Shown: positions 10,734 to 21,567 of the stretch, piece after piece
Layout of the letters: the number at the start of each line of letters is the position of its first letter
Numbering within the stretch: the first letter of the stretch is position 1
From: Candidatus Roizmanbacteria bacterium
GTDB lineage: Bacteria; Patescibacteriota; Microgenomatia; UBA1406; GWC2-37-13
DNA length: 64,000 bases
Assembly: GCA_013335175.1 (NCBI GenBank)
Contig: JAAXWC010000004.1
Span: 40,999 to 104,998 of the forward strand
Reading direction: 5' to 3'
Position numbers and translations under genes: made by a program
The notes under the pieces: model-generated
Databases searched by the model: none
Seen by the model: only the letters and a program-made list of their open reading frames with translations
What the model was told of the DNA's origin: nothing

Positions 10734-11520
10734 ACCTAAAAAGTAAATTTATAATACCAATTGTCTTACTTTGCAGCAGACTCCTAAAATAATAGATCAA
10801 GTATATGCTAAAAGTCAAGAGTAGGATAAGAGAAACGACATAATTGAGACTCATACCATAGAGAAACGACATTTTTGCCTTGAGCGGATCAAAAACAAAG
10901 TAGACCACACTAAAATACCAGATAAAAAACACCAGTTGGAATCCTTTTTGGTATTTATCCCTTCGAATTTCAAATAAAAGTTGATAGGATAGAAACGCAC
11001 CGAGAAAAAAGAAAAGACTTTCATAAAATGAAGTAAGATGACGAAGACCATCCATGTTTGTATAGTGAATGGCAAGAAAAAAATGCGTTTTCGCACCAAT
11101 TTCTACTCCTGACAAAAAACTACCCAACTTCCCAATGGCCGTTGCTAAAAAGAATGCGGGAATAAAGTAATCGATTACATCAGGAAATTTTATTTTTTTA
11201 ATACCGAAAAAAAGGAAAAGGGTTAATAAAGCTCCTCCCAATGCTCCATAAAGTGATAGCCCCGGATAGCCGTTAATCAGAATAAACTTCAGTACATCTA
11301 CTCCAAATTTATCAAAATGAGAAAGGACATACACAATTCGCCCTCCAAATAAGGCACCGCCAAGCATAAAAAAAAGTCCATCAAAAATATCTTCTTCTTT
11401 GTATGTTGTTAATCGAACGGTACGCCATAAAATAAAACTGGACCAAAAAAAAGCAAGGACCAAAAATACCCCAAAAGTGTAAATTTTGATAAACTTTAAA
11501 TCCAAAAGTACGGGAAGCAT
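10648..11520 (-). CDS. lgt: Prolipoprotein diacylglyceryl transferase
   Basis: GGRIVYV, GLSLYGALGG, IGKLGSFLSG, RHLTSFYE; start moved to MLPVLL. Confidence 0.85.
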   Translation of the reverse strand: MLPVLLDLKFIKIYTFGVFLVLAFFWSSFILWRTVRLTTYKEEDIFDGLFFMLGGALFGGRIVYVLSHFDKFGVDVLKFILINGYPGLSLYGALGGALLTLFLFFGIKKIKFPDVIDYFIPAFFLATAIGKLGSFLSGVEIGAKTHFFLAIHYTNMDGLRHLTSFYESLFFFLGAFLSYQLLFEIRRDKYQKGFQLVFFIWYFSVVYFVFDPLKAKMSFLYGMSLNYVVSLILLLTFSIYLIYYFRSLLQSKTIGIINLLFRYGTRSFRSGKTTGKKITGREEGPSETNS

Positions 11521-11609
11521 AATGAAGAGTATACCAAAAATCAAAGAGACAATGATACAATCAAATCACTAACATTGCTGAATCGAATCATTAGAAAAAG
11601 GAGAAGCAT

Positions 11610-11649
11610 CGTCATCCCCGCGAACGCGGGGATCCAGAGGATCGATTAC
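11610..11649. repeat. Palindromic element (GTCATCCC family), half unit
   Basis: cgtcatccccgcgaacgcggggatccagaggatcgattac; near-identical units at ~44867 and ~48597. Confidence 0.8.
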
Positions 11650-11666
11650 ATCTCAAAAATCATTTA

Positions 11667-13286
11667 ATGAAAAACTACAAAAAATTTCTCCCTTCCATTT
11701 TATTGATAGTTACTGTGCTTCTCGGCTACCTGCTTCGTACGCTGGGGATAAACTGGGATCAGGGGCAGCACCTTCATCCAGATGAACGAATGCTTATTAT
11801 GGTTGCCGACAGAATTCAATTTTTTTCCCAGCTCAATCCGCATTTTTTTAACTACGGTTCATTACCAATTTATTTGTTAAAAGGTATCTCTCAGTTTTTG
11901 GATACAACGTTCTCTACCCACCTTGCCAATTATGATGGGATGCTCTACGTGGGGAGAGTTCTATCAGCACTTGCAGACAGTCTCACGATTAGTGTAATTT
12001 TTGGCATTGCAGTACAGCTTACACGCAATAAACGAATGGGGATATTGGCTGCGTTTACCTATGCAGTTGCATTCTTCCCTATTCAAAATAGTCATTTTTT
12101 TATTGTAGATACGTTTCTTACCTTATGGACTTCTCTATTACTCTATTTCACAATACGATTTGTAAAAAATCATTCTTTTCAGTGGATTGTGTTGATGAGT
12201 TTTTGTTTTGCAGCAGCACTCGCCACAAAAGTAACTGCTAGTATATTCCTTCCCGTTATTCTCTGCGTTTTATGTATAATGCAAAAACCTTTTTTTCCTT
12301 TCAACAAAAACGGTATTCTCCTGTGGATCTACACAACCGCTTTATTTATCTCCACAACACTCCTTTTTCATCTCTTCTTTATGCCCTACGCATATATTGA
12401 AACACAAACCTTTTTGAAAGATATATCAGAACAATTAAAAATGAATAGTGATCCCTATATCTTTCCCTATACTCGTCAGTACGTGGGGACACTCCCCTAT
12501 TGGTATTATGTAAAAAATATTGCACTTTGGGGTTGGGGGCCGTTTTTATTTTTGCTCAGTAGTATCGGATTATTCCTCGCCGTTCGTATTTTCCGCTCGA
12601 AACGAAACAATGTATCGCTCTTTTGTATTGCCAGTATTTTTTATCTGCTCTACTTTTTGGTCATTGGTAGGTCTGCGGTAAAATTTATGCGATATATGCT
12701 CATCTTGTACCCTGCAATGGCACTATTGGCTGGCTATGCACTTGTACATATAAACAAAAAAATAGCGTCTCTTGTGCTCCTGGGCGCGTGTATTTGGACG
12801 GTTTCTTTTATGGCTATTTACTCAAAACCAAACACCAGGGTAGAAGCAACTAACTGGATCCTTGAACATATTCCGGCAGGTTCTCACCTCGCGGTTGAAC
12901 ATTGGGATGATCGACTTCCTATACGAAATGGAGAGCACTATACTACGACCGATCTTCCGTTGTACGATCTTCCTGACGATGAACGAAAGTTTGAAAATAT
13001 TAACCGTATTTTGAATAATTCAGATTACATTATTATCGCTTCAAACCGGCTTATTACTCCCCTCCCGAAACTGAAAGATTGCTCTCTCTATACCTATTGT
13101 TATCCAAGAACAGCCCGCTATTATGAAGATCTCATTTCCGGAAAACTCGGATTTCACCTGGTTGCCGAATTTCACCAAACTCCTCGAATTCCTATACTGA
13201 ATATCGCGATTGACGATCAAAGCGCAGATGAATCATTTACCGTATATGATCATCCGAAGGTGATGATCTTTCAGAAGACAAAATAA
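11667..13286 (+). CDS. GT-C fold glycosyltransferase (PMT/ArnT-like, GT39-type)
   Basis: HPDE motif after TM1, FFNYGSLP, IQNSHFFIVD, many TM helices. Confidence 0.85.
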   Translation: MKNYKKFLPSILLIVTVLLGYLLRTLGINWDQGQHLHPDERMLIMVADRIQFFSQLNPHFFNYGSLPIYLLKGISQFLDTTFSTHLANYDGMLYVGRVLSALADSLTISVIFGIAVQLTRNKRMGILAAFTYAVAFFPIQNSHFFIVDTFLTLWTSLLLYFTIRFVKNHSFQWIVLMSFCFAAALATKVTASIFLPVILCVLCIMQKPFFPFNKNGILLWIYTTALFISTTLLFHLFFMPYAYIETQTFLKDISEQLKMNSDPYIFPYTRQYVGTLPYWYYVKNIALWGWGPFLFLLSSIGLFLAVRIFRSKRNNVSLFCIASIFYLLYFLVIGRSAVKFMRYMLILYPAMALLAGYALVHINKKIASLVLLGACIWTVSFMAIYSKPNTRVEATNWILEHIPAGSHLAVEHWDDRLPIRNGEHYTTTDLPLYDLPDDERKFENINRILNNSDYIIIASNRLITPLPKLKDCSLYTYCYPRTARYYEDLISGKLGFHLVAEFHQTPRIPILNIAIDDQSADESFTVYDHPKVMIFQKTK

Positions 13287-13289
13287 TCG

Positions 13290-14336
13290 TTACATAAACC
13301 GTTTGAAGAAGCCTAAGATCCCCTGTTTCCAACCGACAGTGTGAGTTACTCCTGCAGGACGCGACTTAACATCAACATAATTTTCTAGATACCATTGATA
13401 CGATTTTATAAGTGCCTGTCCGTTTGAGTTTTTTGGTTTCCACTTGAGTGTCTTTTTTATTTTATCAATGGAGACAAATGAATCCTTATCTGCCGTATCA
13501 TACACCCACTGGTATAACGGAGAAAGATGAAGTTTTTCAAAGATAAAAAGAGCTTTTTTTATCGGCCACGCCGGGGTAGATAAAAGTGTTGAGCCCGAAT
13601 TGGCGTAGTCAAATAGCTGCTGAAGATCTTGTCGCACCGTGGTAAACTTTTCCGCACCAATGTTGAATGTATCATTTATTTTCTCTTTTGGTCGAACAAG
13701 AAGACAAAGGTACAACGCGTGAACCAAATCGTCTACTTCCAACAGTTGATATCGATTATTGCCCGAACCAACTACTGGTATTTTCTTTCCATCCTTAATC
13801 CAGTCAAATAAAATCTCAAATACCCCCAGTCGGTGGGTACCTACAAACGTTTTCGGTCGAATTACCGTAACGACTAATCCTTTTTTACGCGCTTGTTTAC
13901 AGGCCTTTTCTGCCTGAATTTTACTATGTCCATACGCCCCCACTCCTACCATCGGATCGGTTTCGTAAACAGGATGTTTCTTGGGCACACCGTATACGGC
14001 AGTTGAGGAAATATAGATAAAGCGTTTTATCTTATTGGCAATTGCAGCATCGAGCATCACTTTCGTCCCACGGACATTTGTGTCCATAATTTCTTCCGCT
14101 TTCCAAAGAGGAAGTGCTGCGGCTGCATGTATTACGGCATCGTGGTCTGCCAGTAATTCGTTTACCAGTTTTTTATCTCTGACATCCCCGGTAACAAAAG
14201 TACAACCTTTTGGATATTCTTTTTTGTTAAACGGTGCGATATCCAGTAAGGTAAGAGAGTCTTTTTTGAGAGAAGCGATATATTTGGCTATATGAAGCCC
14301 TAAAAATCCAGCTCCCCCCGTAACAAGTATTTTCAT
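13290..14336 (-). CDS. NAD-dependent epimerase/dehydratase (extended SDR)
   Basis: ILVTGGAGFLG, ISSTAVYG, YGHSK catalytic motif. Confidence 0.92.
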   Translation of the reverse strand: MKILVTGGAGFLGLHIAKYIASLKKDSLTLLDIAPFNKKEYPKGCTFVTGDVRDKKLVNELLADHDAVIHAAAALPLWKAEEIMDTNVRGTKVMLDAAIANKIKRFIYISSTAVYGVPKKHPVYETDPMVGVGAYGHSKIQAEKACKQARKKGLVVTVIRPKTFVGTHRLGVFEILFDWIKDGKKIPVVGSGNNRYQLLEVDDLVHALYLCLLVRPKEKINDTFNIGAEKFTTVRQDLQQLFDYANSGSTLLSTPAWPIKKALFIFEKLHLSPLYQWVYDTADKDSFVSIDKIKKTLKWKPKNSNGQALIKSYQWYLENYVDVKSRPAGVTHTVGWKQGILGFFKRFM

Positions 14337-14395
14337 GAATTCATTATAACCAAACTAGAATCAATTGCAAGCAATAAGTTTTTTGAGCGCAGTTG

Positions 14396-15361
14396 TTACC
14401 AGCTTCCACTGGATCCACCGCCTCCGGATGATCCTCCCCCGCGGGAAGAACCCCCTCCTCCTGAAGAACCACTACGTGAGGTAAGTAAGAGTAAAATGTG
14501 AATAATAAACCAGGTAATTTCCCACGAGGCGGTTAAGACATAGAGCCACATACCCTTTTTCCGGATGCGTTCTGCTAACTTTGTTTTTCGGGACATAATA
14601 AAATCGAATAATAAACCAACTGCCCCTAGTCCGAGTACCACTAACAGACTTTGTTGCAGTTGAAAACCGACACTTATCAGTACTCCAAGCACAACCCCTA
14701 TCACTCCTCCTGCCCAAAAGCTTTTACTCACAGCAAAAAAAGCGCTGATAAAAACAATAATCAACACGCTTATATAAAATAGCACTATTAGAAGGAACAG
14801 AAAACCGGTAGTCAGGGAGGTTGTATGTGACGTTGTATTTACCGAGGAGATGGCAGAACTGCTAGCAGATGCCACACTGTCCGGCGTCAGAACAGATTGA
14901 ATACGATGAAGCGCAGTGAGTGTCCCCTGTTCATATGCCCCTTTCTGAAACGCTGGTGCTAACGATTCCCGAATAATGATTCCAGCACGCGCATCAGTCA
15001 AGAGCGGTTCCAGCCCGTAACCAACTTCCATACGCATTTTACGTTCGGCGAGTGCAATAAGAATCAGTATCCCGTTATCTTTCCCCTTTTTTCCTATTTT
15101 CCATTTTTCAAACAATCGTACCGCATAATCCTCTAAATTTTCCTCATTTAAACTCTTTACGGTAACTACTACGATCTCATTTGTAGTCTTAATTTCATAA
15201 GCACTCAGATTGGTTTCTAAACTCTGTTTAAACTGAGGAGAATAAATGCCGGCAAAATCATTTACCAACCCTGTTTGGGTAGGAAAATTTTGAGCAGCTA
15301 AACTGAGAGGAGCCCATATTAATAAAATAGCTACCGTAAAAAACGAGACGAAATAGTTCAC
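14396..15361 (-). CDS. TPM domain (YgcG-like) membrane protein
   Basis: VNDFAG, W.IGKKGKDNGILIL, EVGYGLE, Gly/Ser-rich tail ending GSW; adjacent to lemA. Confidence 0.92.
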   Translation of the reverse strand: MNYFVSFFTVAILLIWAPLSLAAQNFPTQTGLVNDFAGIYSPQFKQSLETNLSAYEIKTTNEIVVVTVKSLNEENLEDYAVRLFEKWKIGKKGKDNGILILIALAERKMRMEVGYGLEPLLTDARAGIIIRESLAPAFQKGAYEQGTLTALHRIQSVLTPDSVASASSSAISSVNTTSHTTSLTTGFLFLLIVLFYISVLIIVFISAFFAVSKSFWAGGVIGVVLGVLISVGFQLQQSLLVVLGLGAVGLLFDFIMSRKTKLAERIRKKGMWLYVLTASWEITWFIIHILLLLTSRSGSSGGGGSSRGGGSSGGGGSSGSW

Positions 15362-15364
15362 TGA

Positions 15365-15928
15365 TTATTTGGAGTTAATGTTAACTTCCGGTGCCTTTGC
15401 GGCTTGTTCTGTTGCTTGAAAATAGGCTTTTTCACGGTACCCAAAAAGCGAAGCAAACAGAGCGGACGGAAGTGTTTTGGTAGAAAGATTATAGTCTTTA
15501 ACTGTGTCATTATATCTCCTACGTTCTACCGAGATCCGATTTTCTGTACCCGAAAGTTCATCCATTAACTGTTGCACGGTACTATTGGATTGTAACTGAG
15601 GATAGCTTTCTACGATGACCAATAACCGACTCAATGCTGATTCAAGCTGTGAAGCTGCTTTTGCTTTATCATCTACTGACTTTGCTCCGGAATAGTTTGC
15701 CCGTGCATTAGCAATTTCTCCAAACACCGCTCGTTCCTGTGTTTGTGCACCTTCAACTGACTTTACTAAATTTGGTATCAAATCAAACCGACGCTGGTAC
15801 TGGGTTTCTACCTGAGCCCATTGGCTTTCTACGGCCTGCCCTTTCGAAATTAGATTGTTATAAGAGCCTACAAGCACGATGCCAAGAATAAGTATAACTC
15901 CTCCCGATATAAGTAATAGTTTGTTCAT
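15365..15928 (-). CDS. lemA: LemA family protein
   Basis: QYQRRFDLIPNLV, ESYPQL, ENRISVERRRYN. Confidence 0.95.
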   Translation of the reverse strand: MNKLLLISGGVILILGIVLVGSYNNLISKGQAVESQWAQVETQYQRRFDLIPNLVKSVEGAQTQERAVFGEIANARANYSGAKSVDDKAKAASQLESALSRLLVIVESYPQLQSNSTVQQLMDELSGTENRISVERRRYNDTVKDYNLSTKTLPSALFASLFGYREKAYFQATEQAAKAPEVNINSK

Positions 15929-16011
15929 ATGAATATATAGTAATATGCTCCTTGTAAAAATACAAGAGATCTCTGGACTGCCAGTTTTGACTATTATATA
16001 GTTAAATAGGT

Positions 16012-17823
16012 ATGACTCATAAAATGCTATTCATCAACATTATCCTTGTTTTTTTCATAACTATCATTTTAGATCTACTGCATAAATACTTTTTTCAAAA
16101 TCAATTAAATTTCATCTTTTTTACCGTTTGGTTTACTATTATCATCGCTATTATTACGACAACAATCTCCTATACCCCATTTCCTATTATTTCAAAACTT
16201 ATACAAGGTATGAAAAAGGAATGGAAGACACTTCTTGGCATTTTGATTTTAGCCAGTGTTACTCGTTTTTTCCTTTTAGGTGTGTATCCTTTTGTAACAA
16301 CCGGAGATGAACTAAGAGACGCAGGATTAAATGGTCTGTATTTACAACTGGGAGTTACAAAAGATGTATTCGGATTCGGTTCGTATGACGGATATGGTAA
16401 TTTCATACCTCTTATTGCACAGCTTATGAGCTTGATTACAGGCAGTACCTCGCTTTCATACCTTATTCCCTCCGCTCTAGTGGGAATTGCCTCTATCTGC
16501 GTTACCTATGTACTGGGACGATTACTGGGAGGCAAAACAGTCGGAATGATCGCCACACTTTTATTGATTGCATCTCTATCTCATCTTCATTACAGTCGGA
16601 CTGAACTTCTGGTTATCATGGATAGTCTCCTCTCTGTAGGACTACTTCTTACCGCCTGGTTTGCAGTACGGAACAAAATTGGATTTTTCCTTTTAGGGAT
16701 ACTGGCAGGATTTTGTTTCCATTTTTATGCCGGTATACGAGGTATGCTTTTTGCAATAGTCATTTATTTCCTCTGTCTCTTTCTTTACCAGTTTTCCACT
16801 CTCACTTTTCAAAAAAAGCTATCGTTACTTCACGTAAAAAAAATATTTCTTATTTGTGTCTTGATCTTTACAGGAATAATCATTGGACTTGGCCCCACTA
16901 TCAATTCACTTTCCAACAATATTTTGTTTAATCGAGTTGGCACCACTACCCCCCTCTTTCATAACTCACCGTTTCTTCAGAAATCGGTGTCCGAAAAAAT
17001 AGCACACGTATCAGAGCTCGCTCACAAGTCCTTTTTTGTGTACACATTTGAAAATACCAGCACTCATTTTCCGTATAAAGCGCCGCTTCTTGCGTTTCCC
17101 ATCAACTGGTTATTCTTGTTTGGAGTTAGCGCGCTCATTTTAAGAGAAAAATTTACAAGAAATAAACTTTCATTCTTAATTCTTATTGCTATCTTTAGCA
17201 TTCCATTTACTAATGAAGTATTGGTAAATCACGTAGGGGCAGATCATCGACTGATGTCTACGGTACCGATTATTACCGTAGTGGCTGCCTTTGGTCTTGA
17301 TGCACTTACCAAACGGATATCGAGCATATACCGCACACCCATTCTTGCGCTGTTTCTCATTATATTTATGGCTCTACAGTTTTATGCGTACTTCGTAAAC
17401 CGTTTAAGCGATCTCGACTATGAGAAAACTGGAACGAAAGAATATACATTACAAATGATGTTAAAAACAGCGAAAGAACAATCTCAATACGAAAAAACGT
17501 ACATCATCAATAACCATCCGCATAATTATGATTTTATGCATTATCAAGAAAAAATTGAATTTTTGTTGTATCCACAAAAGGGTCAGGTTATTTCTAAGGA
17601 AGAATTCCTTGAAAAACTAGCGAGCCGTTCTCTAGAAAAAGGTATGAACAGCTTAGTCTTATTTGAGCATCCTATATCCGATCTTATTCCCTATGCAAAG
17701 CTGCATACATTTTCATGTTATGAAAACTATCTTCTCCCCCACTATTTCTGTCCGATTGCGACAAAACAACCATACTCGTTCTACAGTATGAGTACTTCTG
17801 ATTATTACCGTGATTCAAAGTAA
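16012..17823 (+). CDS. GT-C fold glycosyltransferase-like membrane protein
   Basis: GDE motif, HYSR, more than 12 TM segments. Confidence 0.75.
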   Translation: MTHKMLFINIILVFFITIILDLLHKYFFQNQLNFIFFTVWFTIIIAIITTTISYTPFPIISKLIQGMKKEWKTLLGILILASVTRFFLLGVYPFVTTGDELRDAGLNGLYLQLGVTKDVFGFGSYDGYGNFIPLIAQLMSLITGSTSLSYLIPSALVGIASICVTYVLGRLLGGKTVGMIATLLLIASLSHLHYSRTELLVIMDSLLSVGLLLTAWFAVRNKIGFFLLGILAGFCFHFYAGIRGMLFAIVIYFLCLFLYQFSTLTFQKKLSLLHVKKIFLICVLIFTGIIIGLGPTINSLSNNILFNRVGTTTPLFHNSPFLQKSVSEKIAHVSELAHKSFFVYTFENTSTHFPYKAPLLAFPINWLFLFGVSALILREKFTRNKLSFLILIAIFSIPFTNEVLVNHVGADHRLMSTVPIITVVAAFGLDALTKRISSIYRTPILALFLIIFMALQFYAYFVNRLSDLDYEKTGTKEYTLQMMLKTAKEQSQYEKTYIINNHPHNYDFMHYQEKIEFLLYPQKGQVISKEEFLEKLASRSLEKGMNSLVLFEHPISDLIPYAKLHTFSCYENYLLPHYFCPIATKQPYSFYSMSTSDYYRDSK

Positions 17824-17844
17824 TTTCTGTTACAATAAATCCTT

Positions 17845-18429
17845 ATGTCTCAAAAACCATTACGAGTAGGCTTTGATTTAGACGGAGTCATTTTATATAA
17901 CCCTGCACGCATTGTTCGACCAATCCTTTCTTTTATCAAACACGACGTTTTTCACAAGAAGTCTGTTTCCTTTTATGTCCCGAAAACAAAGACAGAGCAA
18001 TTAATGTGGACCCTCGCTCATAAAACAAGTATTTTCCCTGCCTATGGATTCCGAGATCTGAAAAAGCTGATTCGACAGCACGATATCGAAGCATATATTG
18101 TAACCGGCAGATTTAATTCGTTGAAAAACGATTTTAACCATTGGTTAAATCGTATGAATGCCGATTCGTTTTTTACCGATCATTTTCATAATGAAAAAAA
18201 CGAGCAACCCCATTTGTTTAAAAAAAGAATGATTGAGCAACTGAATCTTGATGTATTTGTTGAAGATAATTACGACATTGTTACCTACTTAAACAAAGAA
18301 CTGAAAAACACGAAAGTACTCTGGATTTATAATTTCCTTGATCGAACTCTCCCCTATCCGTATAAATTTCCCCATCTCAAACACGCGATAGACCACATAA
18401 AGAAGGATTTGAAAAAGGGAGAAAAATGA
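17845..18429 (+). CDS. HAD-like hydrolase (5'-nucleotidase-like)
   Basis: GFDLDGV, IVTGR, FVEDN motifs. Confidence 0.75.
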   Translation: MSQKPLRVGFDLDGVILYNPARIVRPILSFIKHDVFHKKSVSFYVPKTKTEQLMWTLAHKTSIFPAYGFRDLKKLIRQHDIEAYIVTGRFNSLKNDFNHWLNRMNADSFFTDHFHNEKNEQPHLFKKRMIEQLNLDVFVEDNYDIVTYLNKELKNTKVLWIYNFLDRTLPYPYKFPHLKHAIDHIKKDLKKGEK

Positions 18430-18435
18430 TCTAAT

Positions 18436-18474
18436 AACAACGATTCCGGACGCGCTAACGCTTGCCGGAATGAC
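18436..18474. repeat. Palindromic element between convergent genes
   Basis: aacaacgattccgg...ccggaatgac. Confidence 0.8.
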
Positions 18475-18484
18475 AATGACGATC

Positions 18485-19540
18485 TTATCCCTTCACCTTT
18501 TTCAGTACTTCCGGGAGTTTGTGGCCCGTTTTTTTTATGATCTTTGGTTTGCCAGATTTCGGGAAAAGAGCTAAAACGACCTCAAAGAGACCTCCTGCTT
18601 TCTCTTCCTTCACCATAAGTCGAGCACTAACCAAATTTTGAGTATGGGCAATCCCCTGCTTCATACGTTTAAAAAATGTTTCGACAACAGCACGACTTTT
18701 CTCAGAAACATTTTTTTGAATGAGTTCAAAAGGAATTGGTTTGGCAGAAACTATCAATAATTCTAAAAAGTCCCGGGTTGTAATGAGTCCAATTGGCCGT
18801 TTATCTTTATCGATGACAACCACACTCCCGATATTTTTATCAATAACCATTTTGAGTGCCTTTGCCATTGTATCGGATTTAGTAAGCAAAAGAACATTCG
18901 TTTTTGCAAATTTTTTTACTTTTTGAGCGTACAGTCCCCCCTTATCTTTTAACTCTGTTTTTGGCTTCTTCTTCGGAGAAATAAGGAAATGGATAAGATC
19001 ATAATGACACAATATCCCTTTGAGACGGAACAGATGATCCACCACCACAAGCTTTGATACTTTTTCCTTTTTAAAAAGATGCAATGCTACAGAAAGAGGA
19101 TCATCTTCAAACACCGTGAGCGTGGCACGTTTTTTCTTTTCGAGTACCTTACCAATCGGGACATCAAAACGCGGGTCAGTACTGTTTGTCTCCAACAGGT
19201 GCCGAGATGAAATTACACCCATGATATCGTTATGATCATCGAACACCGGAAGGTAATGAATTTTTGAGCCAATGATATGGCGTATAACCTGCTCCATCGA
19301 TTCATGAGAACGGATTTTTGGCGGATGAAAAAGACAATGCTCAAGTTTTGCATTACCAGGGAACGAATTGCGAATAAGACAGTGATAGGGATTTACCAGC
19401 CCTACAAATGCTTTTGCTTCGTTGAAAACAAGGGCCGCATCGTGCGAGGTTGAAAGTTTGGATAATGCAGAGGACAACTGTTCGTGCTGGGAGATACGGA
19501 TAATTTTATCGGTTTTTAATAGTTCGACTACGTTTTTCAT
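18485..19540 (-). CDS. Four-CBS-domain protein with extra C-terminal domain
   Basis: Repeated CBS motifs (LPVFD...GVIS; LVVVD...GIL; SVVVID...GLITTRD); start moved to MKNVVELL. Confidence 0.85.
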   Translation of the reverse strand: MKNVVELLKTDKIIRISQHEQLSSALSKLSTSHDAALVFNEAKAFVGLVNPYHCLIRNSFPGNAKLEHCLFHPPKIRSHESMEQVIRHIIGSKIHYLPVFDDHNDIMGVISSRHLLETNSTDPRFDVPIGKVLEKKKRATLTVFEDDPLSVALHLFKKEKVSKLVVVDHLFRLKGILCHYDLIHFLISPKKKPKTELKDKGGLYAQKVKKFAKTNVLLLTKSDTMAKALKMVIDKNIGSVVVIDKDKRPIGLITTRDFLELLIVSAKPIPFELIQKNVSEKSRAVVETFFKRMKQGIAHTQNLVSARLMVKEEKAGGLFEVVLALFPKSGKPKIIKKTGHKLPEVLKKVKG

Positions 19541-19647
19541 AGGTAGATTGAGTAGAATTTGTAACGTACACCCCCTATAGTACTCCCGTCTGTTTAAAGA
19601 AGTCAAGTGTTATCGAAGTCTACTACTGATCCTTATTTTTCAGATAT

Positions 19648-20466
19648 TTATCTATACCGATTTATTTCATTTTGGAGCTTCTGAGACTCCTCCCGAGCAC
19701 GTGTCGCAAAATCTTCTTTATCTGATGCAAAAATAATCCCACGGGATGAATTGATAACTATCCCGGCATTGGAAGAATTTAATCCTGCTTTCACGGTCTT
19801 TTCTACATCCCCGCCCTGAGCACCGATACCGGGCACGAGAAAACTCATGTCCCCTGCCGTTTTTCGAACCTTTGCCAATTCCTCAGGATAGGTTGCGCCA
19901 ACAACTAACATACAATTCCCATTTTGATTCCACTCCCCCGCTACTTTTTCGGCAACCCTCTCATACAACGGTTTTCCCTCGACAAGTTGATTTTGAAACT
20001 CATCCGAACCAGAATTTGAAGTCTTACATAGGATAATCGCAATTTTATCTTTTCGATCGAGAAAGGGTTGAATCGCCTCTCTCCCCAGATACGGATGAAG
20101 GGTTATCGCATCAACACCAAGGTAGTCATAGGCAAACGTAACATATCCCGCATTTGTACTCCCAATATCGGCTCGTTTTGCATCTAAAATGGTTATAATG
20201 CCGGGATACGTTTGGTGGATATAATCGCAGGTCAGTTTCAACTCCCGAATCCCCTGTTCTCCCCGCGCTTCATAAAACGCGGAGTTAGGTTTGTAGGTAC
20301 ACACCAGATCGTGCGTGGCATCGATGATGGCTTTATTGAACTCAAACTGCGGATTTTCCTGAGATTGAATATGTTGCGGAATTTTTTCAAGCAATGGATC
20401 AAGCCCAACACACACAAGCGAATTGTTTTTTTGGATAATTGCATCCAGTTTTTGCTGTATGGACAT
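19648..20466 (-). CDS. pyrF: Orotidine-5'-phosphate decarboxylase
   Basis: CVGLDP, YKPNSAFYE, ILDAKRADIGST, LVPGIGAQGG, NSSR. Confidence 0.96.
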   Translation of the reverse strand: MSIQQKLDAIIQKNNSLVCVGLDPLLEKIPQHIQSQENPQFEFNKAIIDATHDLVCTYKPNSAFYEARGEQGIRELKLTCDYIHQTYPGIITILDAKRADIGSTNAGYVTFAYDYLGVDAITLHPYLGREAIQPFLDRKDKIAIILCKTSNSGSDEFQNQLVEGKPLYERVAEKVAGEWNQNGNCMLVVGATYPEELAKVRKTAGDMSFLVPGIGAQGGDVEKTVKAGLNSSNAGIVINSSRGIIFASDKEDFATRAREESQKLQNEINRYR

Positions 20467-20483
20467 AGTAAATATATGGATAA

Positions 20484-21125
20484 TTACACTGCGTTGCCTG
20501 CTTTTGCCTCAAGATATTTTTTTCCATGGCCGACCTGTGTATTAACGGGCACACCGTTTTTGCAAAGCTCACACTCAGCTTCTTCATACGAAACTACCTC
20601 CATAACTCCTAGCGCACGGAAATCAGAAACACCGATACTCTCTTTCGTTACAAGTTTTGGATCACGGTTTACCATCACCCCAACAGCGACCACCTCGCCT
20701 CCCGCAGCGCGAACGACATCAACTACTTTTTTGACAGAACCACCAGTGCTGGTGAGATCTTCTATGACCAGAACTTTTTTCCCCACAACGAGCTTATCAT
20801 AACCCCGTGTGAAGATCATCGATTTATCAGGCCCTTTTTCTGTGTAAACACCTAATACCTCTTTATTTTTTAATTGACCCAAATGATAGGCTGTCCACTG
20901 TGAAAGGATAATTCCTCCTAATGCCGGGGCCGCGACCACATCGATATCAAGATCGCTAAATTTTTCTGCAAACAGTTTACCTACTTCTGATGATGACTCT
21001 GTGTGTGGATACAAGGCATCTTTGTTTATATAAGCAGGTGAATGTCGGCCCGAGGTAAGCACAAAATGACTTTCTGTAATAACTGCTCCAACGTTTTTTA
21101 AAATTGAGATCACATCGTCATTCAT
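20484..21125 (-). CDS. pyrE: Orotate phosphoribosyltransferase
   Basis: HFVLTSGRHS, VIEDLTSTGGS PRPP motif; pyr operon context. Confidence 0.93.
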   Translation of the reverse strand: MNDDVISILKNVGAVITESHFVLTSGRHSPAYINKDALYPHTESSSEVGKLFAEKFSDLDIDVVAAPALGGIILSQWTAYHLGQLKNKEVLGVYTEKGPDKSMIFTRGYDKLVVGKKVLVIEDLTSTGGSVKKVVDVVRAAGGEVVAVGVMVNRDPKLVTKESIGVSDFRALGVMEVVSYEEAECELCKNGVPVNTQVGHGKKYLEAKAGNAV

Positions 21126-21146
21126 AGATAAAAATAAATTTATAAA

Positions 21147-21563
21147 TTACTTAGCTGAAAAAAGCAAATAGATCCCACTACAAGCTAATAGTATCCCTAC
21201 TATTGCTTGTAAACTTAACTTTTCCTTCAAAAGGAGCACGCTCAGCAAAACTACTATTACCACACCACCAACGCGTAGAGTTGGCATAACAACAGCAGCC
21301 CCTGGGCCTTGAGAAAGAGCTTTAAAAGAAAATGTTGTAAATAATGCTATAAAAACCCCCCCTAACATAGCCAGCCCTATCCCTTTAGGATTAAAATCAG
21401 TTTTTCTTACTATAAGAAACAGTAACCATGAAGTGAGATAACTGCCTGTCTGAAACATAAGATTAGCAAATACCGGATCCTTCAGTCCTGAACCAAGTTT
21501 ACGTAAAATATCTGATAATCCTGAAAACCCAATTGCTGTAATTGCATATATAACCCAGTTCAT
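21147..21563 (-). CDS. EamA/DMT family transporter (single repeat)
   Basis: Five TM segments, LLLKEKLS motif; inside the pyr operon. Confidence 0.85.
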   Translation of the reverse strand: MNWVIYAITAIGFSGLSDILRKLGSGLKDPVFANLMFQTGSYLTSWLLFLIVRKTDFNPKGIGLAMLGGVFIALFTTFSFKALSQGPGAAVVMPTLRVGGVVIVVLLSVLLLKEKLSLQAIVGILLACSGIYLLFSAK

Positions 21564-21567
21564 ATGA

